DNA of 63,678 bases, the filler included. It is 5 parts of 5 records of this genome, joined end to end, with 100 filler letters (N's around TTAATTAATTAA, not from the genome) between each part and the next. Parts side by side here need not be neighbours in the genome. Positions count along the whole stretch, not along the records: positions 1 to 14,053 come from DRR378314_1158; 4 more parts are not named here. One strand, 5' to 3'. A program made the translations under genes and the position numbers. The number at the start of each line of letters is the position of its first letter. Position 1 is the first letter of the stretch. Of this stretch, positions 1 through 10,872 are shown piece by piece. The notes under the pieces are model-generated. The model was not told the DNA's origin. It saw nothing but the letters and a program-made list of their open reading frames with translations, and made no database searches.

Positions 1-60
1 CGAGCCCCCATGGATGGGTTCACGGCGTGTTTGCGAAGGCCTACCCCGATTCCCGAGCCC
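1..60 (-). repeat. Partial copy of a REP/MITE-like palindromic repeat at the contig start
   Basis: The reverse complement of 1-28 reads ACGCCGTGAACCCATCCATGGGGGCTCG. It aligns with ACGCTGTGGATACGTCCCTGTACGATCG (10795-10822) and ACGCTTCAAGCACATCCATGTGC (14031-14053). Confidence 0.55.
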
Positions 61-156
61 CCAAACTGGCCCACAAGAAATTAGAGGAAGAATACCGGCC
101 ACCCTGCTACGCTCTCAAACAATCAATTCTGGCCAACACAATCAGATAATTCGAAC

Positions 157-1068
157 ATGCATACAGCCATCACCATCGACGCCCTCAAAGTCCTGGACGC
201 CATCGACCGCAAAGGCAGTTTCGCCGGCGCCGCGAACGAACTCTTCCGCGTTCCCTCGGCCATCAGCTACACCGTCCAAAAGCTCGAAGAAGACCTCAAC
301 GTCGCTATCTTCGACCGTACCGGTCATCGCGCCACCTTGACACCGGCTGGCCGTTACCTGCTCGAAGAAGGCCGCACCCTCCTTGAAGCCGCAGAAAATC
401 TGGCGCACACGACCCGCCAGGTCGCGCAAGGCTGGGAAACCCGGCTGCGGATCGGATTCAACTCCCTGTTACCGGCTGAATGTCTGTTTCCCGCAGTAAA
501 AGCGTTCTATGAACTCGGCGTGCCAGTGGAGGTGCAACTGGTGGAAGAAGTTTTCGCAGGCTCCTGGGACGCACTGCAGAGCCGGCGAATAGACCTGATT
601 GTCGGAGCCGATCAGATGAGCAAGCCCGCCGGTTCGTTCACGACCAAGCCACTTGGCAACATGGCTTTCGTTTATGCAGTAGCACCCGACCACCCCCTGA
701 CAAAAGCCACCCAGCCCCTGGCAGAAGAGGACATTGCCCGATTCCCCGCAGCGGTCGCGGCAGACACCTCTCGATCCCTCCCTCCCGGCCACGCCGGCAT
801 ATTCCGCCGCCAGCGAACCGTGACCGTTGCCAACATCGACCAGAAGATCGCCGTCCAGAAGGCCGGCCTTGCCGTCGGGTGGCTCCCGGAAGCGCGCGTG
901 CGTGATCAACTGAGCAATGGCAGCTTGGTAGCGCTCAAGGTTCACGAACCCAGGCAGGCTATCCAGCTTCACCTGGCCCGCCACGCCGAGGATCAGGGCA
1001 AGGCACTGATGTGGTTCTGGAGCAAGCTGGGAGACTCACCAGACATTGCCGCCTGGCTGGCGCCCTGA
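157..1068 (+). CDS. LysR-family transcriptional regulator (YhaJ-like)
   Basis: 303 aa. N-terminal HTH (DAIDRKGSFAGAANELFRVPSAISYTVQKLEEDL..FDR) followed by a LysR substrate-binding domain. Confidence 0.93.
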   Translation: MHTAITIDALKVLDAIDRKGSFAGAANELFRVPSAISYTVQKLEEDLNVAIFDRTGHRATLTPAGRYLLEEGRTLLEAAENLAHTTRQVAQGWETRLRIGFNSLLPAECLFPAVKAFYELGVPVEVQLVEEVFAGSWDALQSRRIDLIVGADQMSKPAGSFTTKPLGNMAFVYAVAPDHPLTKATQPLAEEDIARFPAAVAADTSRSLPPGHAGIFRRQRTVTVANIDQKIAVQKAGLAVGWLPEARVRDQLSNGSLVALKVHEPRQAIQLHLARHAEDQGKALMWFWSKLGDSPDIAAWLAP

Positions 1069-1189
1069 ATAACCGCCGAAAACAGTTCTGACTTCACAAC
1101 ACAGGCCTCCTGGGCAAAAGGGCCAACAGAATAGAGCCACAGTCGTTTATACTGCCCTCACGCAAGAATCTGTGAACGGAGCTCAAACC

Positions 1190-2716
1190 ATGCGGCAGCT
1201 GTCGGAGCTGGATGCCTCATTCCTGTACCTGGAATCCGAAACCGCCCCCATGCACATTGGTGGCATCTATCTGTTCGATGCCCGGGAACGCGACAAACCG
1301 CTGGCCTTCAGCACCTTTGTTGCCTATCTGCGAAGCCGGCTCCATGTTGTGCCACTCTTTCGCCAACGCCTGAAGGAAATCCCCCTGCGGCTGGGGCGCC
1401 CCTACTGGATTGACGACCCGGACTTCAGCCTTGAGCGCCACCTGGCTTACGTGAATCTCGGCAACCATGGCAAAGTCGATAGCCTGATGGGCCTGGCTTC
1501 ACGGATCCTGGAAGAACCCCTCAAGCGGGACCGCCCCCTATGGCACATCACGTTTGTTGACGGCTTCCAGCTCGACGACGGCGCAGACAGCAAAAGTTTT
1601 GCCCTCATCGTAAAACTGCACCACGCCGCCATTGATGCCTTTAGCGGCGAAGAGATCATCGGCAAACTTCTGGAATACACGCCGACAGCCAGAGCCATAG
1701 AAACACCCCACCCCTGGCACCCACAACCGGAGCCCTCGGAAGAGCGGATTATTCTCCAGACCGGTGCAAACCTGCTTCGCAAGCCGTTGCAGCTGACATC
1801 CCTTGCCGTCAGTGCCGCAGAAGCCACTGCCCGCGGACTGATCCAGAAGCAGATGCGAAAACTGCCGTTGCCATTTCCCCTGTTTTCCGCACCTCACAGC
1901 CCATTTAACCGCCAGATAACTGCGAACCGCAAAATTGTATCGGCCAGCCTGAACCTGTCCCGATTGAAGGCTATCAAGGCAACACTTGGAGACGTCACCC
2001 TGAACGATGTTGTCCTCGGCCTGTGCGCAGAGACGCTGAGCCGTTACCTGGCCAGGGTTGATGCCAGCACCGAACGCTCGCTCGTTGCGATGACGCCGAT
2101 TTCCGTGCGTTCGAGCAGTCTTCGAAGGGCGACCGGAAACCAGATGTCCGCCATGTTGTTGGACCTCGCAACCTGCGAGCCCGACCCCGCCGAAAGGATT
2201 CGGCGGATACACTGGAACGCGGTGGAGTCTGAACCCTATCGAGAGGCCATCGCCGCAGACCGACTGACAGAACTTCTACCCTCCACCATGCTGGCACTGT
2301 CTGCGCGATTGTATTCGGAACTGCAGATTGCCCAACGATACCAGCCAGTATTCAACCTCCCTATCACCAATGTACCCGGGCCGCAGGTACCTCTGTATTT
2401 GCAAGGAGCAAGGCTTGTTAAGCAATTCAACTCTGCGCCATTGTTCGACAGTCTGGGGCTGGTGATTGTCGCGGTTAGCTATCAGGGCATCCTGACGGTC
2501 AATTTCACCTTGTGCCCCGACGTGGTGGCTGATGGCGAATCACTGCCTGCACTGCTTGAAGATAGCCTGGAAGCGATCGAATCGGCGGCAGAGACTCTGC
2601 CGCATCGGGAAGAAGACACGCTTGAGTACCCTGACAGCCATCCTACGTTGACCGACGAGGCACTGAACTTGATGGAAGGTGCTTTACGGAAGACGTTCCG
2701 GCGGTTCCGGAACTGA
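1190..2716 (+). CDS. Wax ester synthase/diacylglycerol acyltransferase (WS/DGAT)
   Basis: MRQLSELDASFLYLE..PMHIG N-terminus, PLW motif, HHAAIDA active-site motif, LNDVVL and ITNVPGP motifs. ATG at 1190 is preceded by GGAG. Confidence 0.93.
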   Translation: MRQLSELDASFLYLESETAPMHIGGIYLFDARERDKPLAFSTFVAYLRSRLHVVPLFRQRLKEIPLRLGRPYWIDDPDFSLERHLAYVNLGNHGKVDSLMGLASRILEEPLKRDRPLWHITFVDGFQLDDGADSKSFALIVKLHHAAIDAFSGEEIIGKLLEYTPTARAIETPHPWHPQPEPSEERIILQTGANLLRKPLQLTSLAVSAAEATARGLIQKQMRKLPLPFPLFSAPHSPFNRQITANRKIVSASLNLSRLKAIKATLGDVTLNDVVLGLCAETLSRYLARVDASTERSLVAMTPISVRSSSLRRATGNQMSAMLLDLATCEPDPAERIRRIHWNAVESEPYREAIAADRLTELLPSTMLALSARLYSELQIAQRYQPVFNLPITNVPGPQVPLYLQGARLVKQFNSAPLFDSLGLVIVAVSYQGILTVNFTLCPDVVADGESLPALLEDSLEAIESAAETLPHREEDTLEYPDSHPTLTDEALNLMEGALRKTFRRFRN

Positions 2717-2758
2717 ACATCAGCGAGCGGCAAAGCTGCCGCTCGCCTGAACAACAGA

Positions 2759-3430
2759 TTACTCGAAAGCCCAGCGCAGGAATTCGCGCCGCTCTTCCTC
2801 GCTGGCACGCCCCCACAGCGCCTTCATCTCACCGAGAGTGCCCTCACCTACGGCGCTGGCATCAACGTTCGCATCACGCTCACCTGAGCCTACAGATACC
2901 CTGGCAGCGGACCGGGATTGGCCATCCCAGGCACTCGCGGTAGCGACAACCGAGTTTGACGCGTTAACGATGTCAGCGGCGAAATTATTGGCGAACGCTT
3001 CCGCGTCCGGCTTGTTGGCCGGCGGCTCAAAACGGAAGCGATAGGTTTCCCCCGGTTGTGCGTCGATAGTCACAGTCTGGGGCGCCGTCTCAATCACATG
3101 CACCTTGGATTCGCCATTGCGAACAACACCACTTTTGGCCCAGATCGTCTTGTACGTGAACACAACCTGGTTTTCACCCGGCAACAACTCATAGTCGAGG
3201 GCCAGATCATCCATCAGAAAGTTGCTGAGCCGGTGACCATTCACCTGCTGCACCCGGATTTCTCCCGGCGATTCGAGAACGGCCGTTTTTGAGGCATCGA
3301 CGGCGTCCCCCTCCCAGGTTTTGACGTTGCTCATGGTTGAGCTACATCCCGCAAGCAGGACCAAAGCCATAAAGGCCGCCGCACCGGAGCGTACATTCTT
3401 GAAAAAGTCGAAAACGTGACAGATACTCAT
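2759..3430 (-). CDS. DUF2057/YccT-like lipoprotein
   Basis: Lipobox LLAGC, LLPGENQVVF motif and C-terminal LWGRASEEERREFLRWA, typical of DUF2057. The start may be downstream of 3430. Confidence 0.7.
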   Translation of the reverse strand: MSICHVFDFFKNVRSGAAAFMALVLLAGCSSTMSNVKTWEGDAVDASKTAVLESPGEIRVQQVNGHRLSNFLMDDLALDYELLPGENQVVFTYKTIWAKSGVVRNGESKVHVIETAPQTVTIDAQPGETYRFRFEPPANKPDAEAFANNFAADIVNASNSVVATASAWDGQSRSAARVSVGSGERDANVDASAVGEGTLGEMKALWGRASEEERREFLRWAFE

Positions 3431-3700
3431 CCTATGTCCTTATGCTGTTCGCCGGCTTTGACCGGCGGATAATCACTGGTGACTGAAAGGCATTTTGAAG
3501 AGTGGCCGGGCCAAGGGCAAGACACGCTGCCTGTTTACACGAACCCGATGACACTCCGGTTACGTAAAAGAAACCGAGTCTACCCAAAAAATGTAAAAAA
3601 ATGTTGAATTCGGCTGGAATTGATTTAATTTTAAACAGTCAGAGAATGAAATAGCGCCCGACCGGAACCATAAACACGTCTGAAGGGCTCAGGAGACAAC

Positions 3701-3904
3701 ATGGATACCCAACGTCGGTCCGGAGAAAACGGTCCCGCACCGTTCCGAAGCAGTCGGTTCTTCTGCGTCGGAAGCAAGTGGTATTTCACCACCCGGGAGG
3801 GCTTTGACAGCGGTCCTTTCGCCTCCCGGCAACGCGCAGAAACAGGCCTGAGGCGCTTTCTGCATGTTGTACGGCTTCTTCCCGAAGAGCAGCAGGTTCA
3901 CTGA
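3701..3904 (+). CDS. Small DUF6316-like protein
   Basis: 67 aa with RSGE..FRSSRFF...WYFTTREG..GPF pattern. Strong AGGAG RBS upstream. Confidence 0.7.
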   Translation: MDTQRRSGENGPAPFRSSRFFCVGSKWYFTTREGFDSGPFASRQRAETGLRRFLHVVRLLPEEQQVH

Positions 3905-3937
3905 GCAAGCCTTTTCCTTCCCCGCTCAGAACCACGT

Positions 3938-4465
3938 TCACACAATGATCGGCATCAACCACCGGTCAATGGCGAACAAGCACAGTAACGCCATAAAACC
4001 CGCCACCACATCGTCGACCATGATTCCAAGCCCGCCTGGAAGATACTCATCCAGCCAACTGATGGGCCAGGGCTTCAGCACATCGAAAAGCCGGAACAGG
4101 GTGAAGGCCATCAGAATGCCGTAAATATTGTCCGGAAAAAGCCCGAGCGCGATCCACATGCCCACAAACTCGTCCCAGACGATGCCCTCATGGTCATGGA
4201 CCTTGAGATCCTCTGCCGTCTTCCCACACAACCATATACCAATCGCGAAGGCCAGAAGGACGATGGCCCAGTAAGCAACGGGGGGCAACCAGGCAAAGCA
4301 GAACCAGATCGGAATGGCAGCAAGGCTACCCCAGGTCCCGGGTGCTCTGGCAGCGGTGCCACTACCAAACCCAAACGCCAGCAGGTGGACGGGATCGCGA
4401 AGAAATCCCGGCGGCAGCAGTGCTTCGGCGAGTTCGGGCTCCTGAAGATTATCGTCGCTACTCAT
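3938..4465 (-). CDS. pgpA: Phosphatidylglycerophosphatase A
   Basis: GFGSG..APGTWGS, HDHEGIVWDEFVG, FRLFDVLKPWPI and GIMVDD motifs. Lies downstream of thiL. Confidence 0.96.
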   Translation of the reverse strand: MSSDDNLQEPELAEALLPPGFLRDPVHLLAFGFGSGTAARAPGTWGSLAAIPIWFCFAWLPPVAYWAIVLLAFAIGIWLCGKTAEDLKVHDHEGIVWDEFVGMWIALGLFPDNIYGILMAFTLFRLFDVLKPWPISWLDEYLPGGLGIMVDDVVAGFMALLCLFAIDRWLMPIIV

Positions 4466-4468
4466 TCA

Positions 4469-5419
4469 TCAGTTCCTGAAGTGGTCATATCCGCCCGCTT
4501 GTGGGTTCTCCGTATGATCGTTTCGGTCGATGGTCACCCCCTCTCCCGCAACGACCGCTCCAATAACGCTCAATTCACTGCGAATGGCCTCAGGCAAGGC
4601 AGCCCATATCTGAGGGGGCAGTGTCACGCAGAGTTCATAATCGTCCCCGGCGTTCAACGCCAGGCCGACGGCTTCCCGGCCTGAAAGCCGCCTCAGGTGC
4701 TCAGACAACGGCAGGCAACTCGCATCAATTCTGGCCGCGACACCAGAGGCCTCAAGGATATGCCCCAGATCCGCCAACAGCCCATCGGATATATCCACCG
4801 CTGCGGTGGCGTATCCACGCAAGGCTGCGCCAAGGGCCAGCCTTGGTTCCGGGAAATGGTATTTTTGCAGAACCACTTCCGCGTCCTGCCCGGGATCATC
4901 ACTACCAAGGTAGTCCAATGCGGCACCCGCGTCCCCCAGCGTTCCGGACACGCAAATGACATCCCCCACCTGGGCACCCGATCGTTGGATCGCCTCACCT
5001 TTCGGCACGGTACCATGAACCTGCAGACTCAGCGTCAACGGGCCCCGCGTCGTGTCACCGCCGGCCAGAGACAAACCAAAGTGGCTGGCCGCGCTTGCCA
5101 ACCCACGCGCGTACGCGCCCAACCAGTCCGGATCTGCATCCGGAAGCGTTAAAGCGAGGGTAAAGCAAACCGGATCGGCCCCCATGGCAGCAAGGTCACT
5201 CGCCGCCACGGCCAGGCTACGCCAACCCAGCTTTTCGGGATCGTAGTGAGGGGGGAAGTGGACACCCTCAACCAGGGCGTCCACAGAGAAGACCAGGTCC
5301 AGGCCCGGCGCAATACGCTGAATGGCACAATCGTCACCGGGCCCCAGCACAACCGCGGAGGCGTTTCCAGCCTCGGCAATGGGGAAGAAATAACGGCGGA
5401 TCAGCTCGAATTCACCCAT
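4469..5419 (-). CDS. thiL: Thiamine-monophosphate kinase
   Basis: MGEFELIRRYF, GDDCA, SDLAAMGA, GGDTT, DISDGL and GDDYEL motifs. Confidence 0.97.
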   Translation of the reverse strand: MGEFELIRRYFFPIAEAGNASAVVLGPGDDCAIQRIAPGLDLVFSVDALVEGVHFPPHYDPEKLGWRSLAVAASDLAAMGADPVCFTLALTLPDADPDWLGAYARGLASAASHFGLSLAGGDTTRGPLTLSLQVHGTVPKGEAIQRSGAQVGDVICVSGTLGDAGAALDYLGSDDPGQDAEVVLQKYHFPEPRLALGAALRGYATAAVDISDGLLADLGHILEASGVAARIDASCLPLSEHLRRLSGREAVGLALNAGDDYELCVTLPPQIWAALPEAIRSELSVIGAVVAGEGVTIDRNDHTENPQAGGYDHFRN

Positions 5420-5422
5420 CAC

Positions 5423-5902
5423 TCAGCGGGGACGGGTCTCGGCCAGTCGCAGGCGGTGACTTAGCTTGTCCAGAAGGCTGTTGACGAACTTATGGCCTTC
5501 GGTACCACCGAATTTCTTGGCCATTTCGATCCCTTCGTTGATCACCACTTTATAGGGCACATCCAGCCGATGCTTCAGCTCGTAGGCCCCCAGGCGCACA
5601 ATCGCCAGTTCGATGGCATCCACCTCATGAATCGGGCGGTCGAGAAATGGCTCCAGAAGCCGGTCCAGATCGGCCTGCTCCCGGTGAACACCCCTGAGCA
5701 AATCGCGAAAATAGGCCGTGTCCACTTTCGACATGTCATTGTCGACGATGAACTCGGATTCGATATCCGTAATTGAGCTCTTGCTGAAATGGCGCTGATA
5801 CAAACCCTGCATGGCCAGCGCGCGGGCCCTGCGTCTGTCACCAGCCTTGGGTTGCCCCGCGGGGGCTGGCTGCGCCGCACTGTCCTCCGATGCGCTCATC
5901 AT
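5423..5902 (-). CDS. nusB: Transcription antitermination factor NusB
   Basis: [14 protein letters not shown] and [27 protein letters not shown] motifs. Overlaps the ribH stop. Confidence 0.97.
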   Translation of the reverse strand: MMSASEDSAAQPAPAGQPKAGDRRRARALAMQGLYQRHFSKSSITDIESEFIVDNDMSKVDTAYFRDLLRGVHREQADLDRLLEPFLDRPIHEVDAIELAIVRLGAYELKHRLDVPYKVVINEGIEMAKKFGGTEGHKFVNSLLDKLSHRLRLAETRPR

Positions 5903-6375
5903 TCACCCAGCTTTTTGAAGAGGCTGACCATTTCCAGGGCCGTAATCGCCGCTTCGGCGCCTTTGTTACCGGCCTTGGTTCCAGCGCGCTCGATTGCCTG
6001 CTCAATGGAATCAACCGTCAGCACACCAAACGTCACCGGTACGTCGGTTTCGAGACTCACCGCACCCAAACCACTGGAGGCTTCGCCTGCGACATAGTCG
6101 AAATGTGGCGTCCCGCCACGGATAACTGCACCCAGTGCGATAATCGCATCGTGATTGCCAGTTTCCGCCACACGCTTGACCGCCAGCGGCATCTCATAAG
6201 CACCGGGCACCCGTACAATCGTTATGTCCGAATCGGCAATGCCATGGCGCCGCAGGGTATCAACAGCGCCCTCTACCAGGCTTTCAACCACGAAACCGTT
6301 GAAACGGCCGACGACCAGCGCGTATTTACCGCTGCAGTGAGTGAAATCACCTTCTACTACTTTGATATCTGCCAT
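5899..6375 (-). CDS. ribH: 6,7-dimethyl-8-ribityllumazine synthase
   Basis: [27 protein letters not shown] and GNKGAEAA motifs. ATG at 6375 follows AAGGAG. Confidence 0.97.
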   Translation of the reverse strand: MADIKVVEGDFTHCSGKYALVVGRFNGFVVESLVEGAVDTLRRHGIADSDITIVRVPGAYEMPLAVKRVAETGNHDAIIALGAVIRGGTPHFDYVAGEASSGLGAVSLETDVPVTFGVLTVDSIEQAIERAGTKAGNKGAEAAITALEMVSLFKKLGE

Positions 6376-6431
6376 GCATGGCTCCTTCATTGGCAGCCTC
6401 CGCGATTACGATGCGGGGCGGCCGGGGTTCA

Positions 6432-7547
6432 TCATTCGGGTGTGTAGGGCACGTATTCCACGACTTCCAGCTCGAATCCGGAAATGGCGGAGAACTTGAT
6501 GGGCGGGCTCAGCAGGCGCATTTTTCCTACGCCGAGATCCCTCAGGATCTGTGAGCCCGTACCAACGGTAAAATAGACACCGGAGCTGCCCTTACCCGCG
6601 GATTTTTTATCCTGTTCGAAAAATTCGTGAATACGGTCTTCAAGATTGTAGCTGTCTTCCGCGCTATTGAGCAGCACGACGACCCCGCGCCCCTCACTCG
6701 CTACCTTCTCCAAAGCATGATGCAGCGGCCAGCTGCGGGAATCAGCGCGGCGGGCACCGAGAAGGTCCCGCAGGGTATCTGTAATATGCACACGGACCAA
6801 CACCGGTTCATCCGCGGCGATATCGCCCATCACCATGGCCAGATGGGTGGAACCCTGAATGTTGTCACGATAGGTCCGCAGGTTGAATACGCCATACTCG
6901 GTATCCAGGTCGTACTGCTCCACACATTCAATGGTTCTCTCGTTCAGAGTTCTGTAGTGAATCAGGTCCGCGATCGTACCGATCTTCAGATCGTGAGTCT
7001 CGGCGAATTTCTCCAGATCCTCACGGCGGGCCATGGACCCGTCGTCATTCATGATTTCACAGATCACACCAGCCGGCTCACAACCCGCGAGGGCTGCCAG
7101 GTCACAGGATGCTTCGGTATGGCCGGCTCGGCTCAGCACTCCGCCGGGGTCCGACATCAGCGGAAAAATATGCCCCGGCTGAACCAGGTCCGACGCCTTG
7201 GCATTACGGGCAACGGCGGCCTGAACGGTTCGCGCACGGTCTGCAGCCGAGATACCGGTCGTTACACCTTCGGTCGCTTCGATGGACAGGGTGAATTTGG
7301 TGCCAAAACCCGAGGCATTCTGCTGCACCATCAACGGCAGGCCAAGCTGTTCGCAACGATGGCGCGTCATCGGCATACAGATCAGTCCACGACCAAAGCG
7401 GGCCATGAAGTTGATCGCCTCTGGCGTGCAGTGCTCGGCGGCCATGACCAGGTCACCTTCATTTTCCCGGTCTTCATCGTCCATCAGGATGACCATCTTG
7501 CCCTGACGGATGTCGTCAATAATGTCTTTAATGCTATTCAGTGCCAT
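6432..7547 (-). CDS. ribB: DHBP synthase with a degenerate GTP cyclohydrolase II-like C-terminal domain (RibBX type)
   Basis: [26 protein letters not shown] and GHTEA motifs. The C-terminal domain has [10 protein letters not shown] and lacks the zinc-binding cysteines of active RibA. Confidence 0.93.
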   Translation of the reverse strand: MALNSIKDIIDDIRQGKMVILMDDEDRENEGDLVMAAEHCTPEAINFMARFGRGLICMPMTRHRCEQLGLPLMVQQNASGFGTKFTLSIEATEGVTTGISAADRARTVQAAVARNAKASDLVQPGHIFPLMSDPGGVLSRAGHTEASCDLAALAGCEPAGVICEIMNDDGSMARREDLEKFAETHDLKIGTIADLIHYRTLNERTIECVEQYDLDTEYGVFNLRTYRDNIQGSTHLAMVMGDIAADEPVLVRVHITDTLRDLLGARRADSRSWPLHHALEKVASEGRGVVVLLNSAEDSYNLEDRIHEFFEQDKKSAGKGSSGVYFTVGTGSQILRDLGVGKMRLLSPPIKFSAISGFELEVVEYVPYTPE

Positions 7548-7617
7548 ACCGTATTTGCATCCTGTTGGTCTGTCCGTCCAGTTATCCGGCGCCGGCCAGC
7601 CATGAATTTAGTAACCG

Positions 7618-8733
7618 TTACCCCGGCGCGAGAATCAATCGTTGGTCCTCGCCCAGCAGACGGCGATCCAGCACTTTCCATTGCACCTTGTCCGCCATGG
7701 ATTCCAGTGGCAGGTTGGCCGTGGGACGGCCAGTACTGCCCAGAAACACCGGCGCCTGATAGAGCCACAACTCGTCGACCAGGCGCTCACTGATAAAGGT
7801 ACCGGCCAGCGTCGGACCAGCTTCCACCAATAATTCGTTGATGCCCAGCTCGCCCAGCGAATCGAGCAGCTCGCGAACATCAATACCGTTGTCCTTCCAG
7901 GCCACACCGGTCAGCCCGACACCCAGCGCGGCGAGGTCCTGTGCAGGCGCCGTTGCCAGAGTGGGCGACGCGCAGTACACCTGAACATTACCTCCCTGCA
8001 GTATCGTGGCTCCCGGAGGGGTACGCGCGTCCCGGTCCGCGATGACACGCAGAGGCTGACGGGACGGTTCGGTGGCATCGCCAATGTCGCCCAACTCAGT
8101 CCGACGTACCGTCAGTGAAGGGTTGTCAGCCAGTACGGTGCCCACCCCTGTCAGGATGGCATCGCTGATGGCCCTGAGTCTCTGGACATCGCGACGGGAC
8201 TCCGTGCCGGTGATCCACTGACTTTCCCCGGAGGCCATGGCGGTTCTGCCATCGAGGCTTGCGGCCATTTTCAGCCGGACATAGGGCCGCCCAACGTTCA
8301 TCCGCTTCATGAAGCCAGGATTCAATCGCACCGCTTCTTCCGCCAGCAGGCCTTCTGTCACACGGATACCCGCCTCTCGGAGCATATCCAGGCCACGACC
8401 AGACACCGAGGGATTGGGGTCCTTGGTCGCCGCGAACACGTGGGCAACGCCCGCTTCTATCAGCGCTTTGGCACAAGGGGGCGTGCGGCCAAAATGACTG
8501 CAGGGCTCAAGGGTGACATAGGCTGTCGCTCCACGGGCGTCCGGCCCGGCCTGGCTGAGCGCTCTGGTTTCAGCATGGGCTTCGCCCGCACGTTCGTGCC
8601 AGCCCTCACCCAGAATCCGGCTGCCATGGGCAATGACACAACCCACCCTGGGGTTGGGGTGGGTTGAGTAGCGGCCACGCCAGGCGAGTTGTACCGCCCG
8701 AGCCATAAAGGCCGTATCCTGGGCGTCGATCAT
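7618..8733 (-). CDS. ribD: Bifunctional riboflavin deaminase/reductase
   Basis: [36 protein letters not shown] and VEAGPTL motifs. Confidence 0.97.
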   Translation of the reverse strand: MIDAQDTAFMARAVQLAWRGRYSTHPNPRVGCVIAHGSRILGEGWHERAGEAHAETRALSQAGPDARGATAYVTLEPCSHFGRTPPCAKALIEAGVAHVFAATKDPNPSVSGRGLDMLREAGIRVTEGLLAEEAVRLNPGFMKRMNVGRPYVRLKMAASLDGRTAMASGESQWITGTESRRDVQRLRAISDAILTGVGTVLADNPSLTVRRTELGDIGDATEPSRQPLRVIADRDARTPPGATILQGGNVQVYCASPTLATAPAQDLAALGVGLTGVAWKDNGIDVRELLDSLGELGINELLVEAGPTLAGTFISERLVDELWLYQAPVFLGSTGRPTANLPLESMADKVQWKVLDRRLLGEDQRLILAPG

Positions 8734-9245
8734 GCCTGCCCTTCGGAGTGGTTATCCGCGAGGGCCTTGGCCACGTCCACCGGGTCTTCGCCCGAGGTCG
8801 CCGAGAGGCGCTCAATTTCTTCCTTGAACTCGTTAACGTCCTGGAAGCTGCGGTAGACCGACGCGAAACGCACGTAGGCTACTTTGTCCAGCTGGCGCAA
8901 CTCGGTCATCACTTCCTCACCAAGCTGCATCGACTTTACTTCCCGCTCGCCGGTTGCCCGCAACCGGAATCGGATGCGATTCAGCGCGGCCTCGATTTCC
9001 TCGATGCTCACCGGTCGCTTTTCCAGGGCTTTCATAAGGCCTGCCCGAAGTTTTTCCTCGTCGAACGGTTGACGGGTGCCATCCTGTTTAACCACTCGGG
9101 GCATCACAAGTTCAGCCGACTCGAACGTTGTAAAACGCTCACGGCAGGACAGACACTCCCTGCGGCGACGCACCTGATCACCCTCGGCCACCAGCCGGGA
9201 GTCGATTACTTTGGTATCCGCTTCACCACAGAAAGGACAATGCAT
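8730..9245 (-). CDS. nrdR: Transcriptional repressor NrdR
   Basis: [31 protein letters not shown] cone and [10 protein letters not shown]. True ATG at 9245. Confidence 0.97.
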   Translation of the reverse strand: MHCPFCGEADTKVIDSRLVAEGDQVRRRRECLSCRERFTTFESAELVMPRVVKQDGTRQPFDEEKLRAGLMKALEKRPVSIEEIEAALNRIRFRLRATGEREVKSMQLGEEVMTELRQLDKVAYVRFASVYRSFQDVNEFKEEIERLSATSGEDPVDVAKALADNHSEGQA

Positions 9246-9311
9246 AGTCAGAAGCTCCTGCAAACCATCGGGCCAGGCGACATGGCCTGCCCGATGACGC
9301 AATCAGGCTAT

Positions 9312-10568
9312 TTAGCCGGCATAAACCGGAAACCGTGAACACAGGCCTTCAACCTGTTCACGAACCCGGTCATTGACGGACTCGTCTTCCAGGTTATCCA
9401 GAATATCGCACATCCAGCCAGCAAGATCGCGACACTCGGACTCTCCGAAACCGCGGGTGGTCACTGCAGGCGTACCGATGCGCAGGCCGGATGTCACGAA
9501 CGGCGAACGCGGGTCGTTAGGTACTGCGTTTTTGTTCACAGTGATGTGCGCCCGGCCCAGGGCTGCGTCTGCGTCCTTACCGGTGATGTCCTGTTTGATC
9601 AGGCTGACCAGGAACAGGTGGTTCTCGGTACCACCGGAAATCACATCGAAGCCGCGTGATACAAATACCTCGGCCATGGCTTTGGCATTCTTGATGACCT
9701 GCTTCTGATACGACTTGAAATCGTCGCTCATGGCTTCCTTGAAACAGACCGCCTTGGCAGCGATTACATGCATCAATGGGCCGCCCTGGCCGCCCGGGAA
9801 TACGGCGGAGTTAAGCTTCTTCTGCAAATCGGCGTCGTCACAGGCCAGGATCAAACCACCACGGGGACCGCGCAGGGTTTTGTGGGTCGTCGTCGCAACC
9901 ACGTGGGCATGAGGTACCGGGTCAGGATAAACACCAGCAGCGACCAGACCTGCAACGTGGGCCATGTCCACAAACAGGTAGGCGCCAACCTTATCGGCAA
10001 TCGCGCGGAATCGGGCGAAGTCCAGCGCCTGGGAATAGGCGGAGAAACCGGCAATGATCATTTTCGGCTTGTGCTCAACGGCAAGGCGTTCCACGTCGTC
10101 GTAGTCGATCAGGCCCGTCTCCGGGTTCAAGCCGTACTGCACGGCGTTGTAGATCTTGCCGGAGAAGTTGACGCTGGCGCCGTGGGTCAGATGCCCACCA
10201 TGGGCCAGGCTCATGCCCAGAACGGTATCGCCTGGCTTGAGCAGCGCCATGAACACCGCAGAGTTGGCCTGGGAACCGGAGTGCGGCTGAACGTTGGCAT
10301 AGGCAGCACCAAACAACTCTTTGGCCCGACTGATGGCCAGGTCTTCGGCGATATCAACAAACTCGCAGCCACCGTAATACCGCTTGCCGGGATAGCCTTC
10401 AGCGTACTTGTTGGTCAGCGCGCTGCCCTGGGCTTCCATCACCCTGGGGCTGGTATAGTTCTCAGACGCGATCAGCTCGATATGAGCCTCCTGGCGTTTC
10501 TCTTCCGCCTGCATGGCGTTCCAGAGTTCGTCGTCAAAGCCGGCGATTTTCATATCACGATTAAACAT
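9312..10568 (-). CDS. glyA: Serine hydroxymethyltransferase
   Basis: [23 protein letters not shown] and [13 protein letters not shown] (PLP lysine) motifs. Confidence 0.98.
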   Translation of the reverse strand: MFNRDMKIAGFDDELWNAMQAEEKRQEAHIELIASENYTSPRVMEAQGSALTNKYAEGYPGKRYYGGCEFVDIAEDLAISRAKELFGAAYANVQPHSGSQANSAVFMALLKPGDTVLGMSLAHGGHLTHGASVNFSGKIYNAVQYGLNPETGLIDYDDVERLAVEHKPKMIIAGFSAYSQALDFARFRAIADKVGAYLFVDMAHVAGLVAAGVYPDPVPHAHVVATTTHKTLRGPRGGLILACDDADLQKKLNSAVFPGGQGGPLMHVIAAKAVCFKEAMSDDFKSYQKQVIKNAKAMAEVFVSRGFDVISGGTENHLFLVSLIKQDITGKDADAALGRAHITVNKNAVPNDPRSPFVTSGLRIGTPAVTTRGFGESECRDLAGWMCDILDNLEDESVNDRVREQVEGLCSRFPVYAG

Positions 10569-10768
10569 GGATGCGCTGCCCCTATGTGCTTAGCTGCCCG
10601 AAAAAATGGGCCGCTATTCTATCTTACAAATGGGTAAAAAATCACCCTTTATGCCGTCCGCAGATACCGACACGCCGCTAACTGCGCTTTTTGCTCAATT
10701 GCTATCGCTGATTGGTTTCGATACCTTACTCGGTCAATATTCATTGGTTGCGGTTACCGCAGAGTATC

Positions 10769-10872
10769 GGCCATCGGGTAGGGCAATTCGGGGTACGCTG
10801 TGGATACGTCCCTGTACGATCGACAAAATCATCCATGATTTTGTCGATCCCGAATTGCCCTACCCGATGGCC
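10769..10872. repeat. Nested inverted-repeat element (REP/MITE-like), 104 bp
   Basis: Perfect 24-bp terminal inverted repeat (GGCCATCGGGTAGGGCAATTCGGG 10769-10792 / 10849-10872). It encloses a perfect 15-bp inverted repeat (GATCGACAAAATCAT 10818-10832 / 10835-10849). Confidence 0.85.

Noticed and set aside
6627-7793. Long antisense ORFs (388 aa here; also 9768-10637 and 11074-11742)
   Set aside because: They are shadows of ribB, glyA and ettA caused by high-GC codon bias and have no recognisable motifs.
10569-10768. Possible riboswitch (ZTP or FMN) ahead of the glyA-rib operon
   Set aside because: I could not find the conserved aptamer sequences by eye. An Rfam scan would be needed to exclude one fully.
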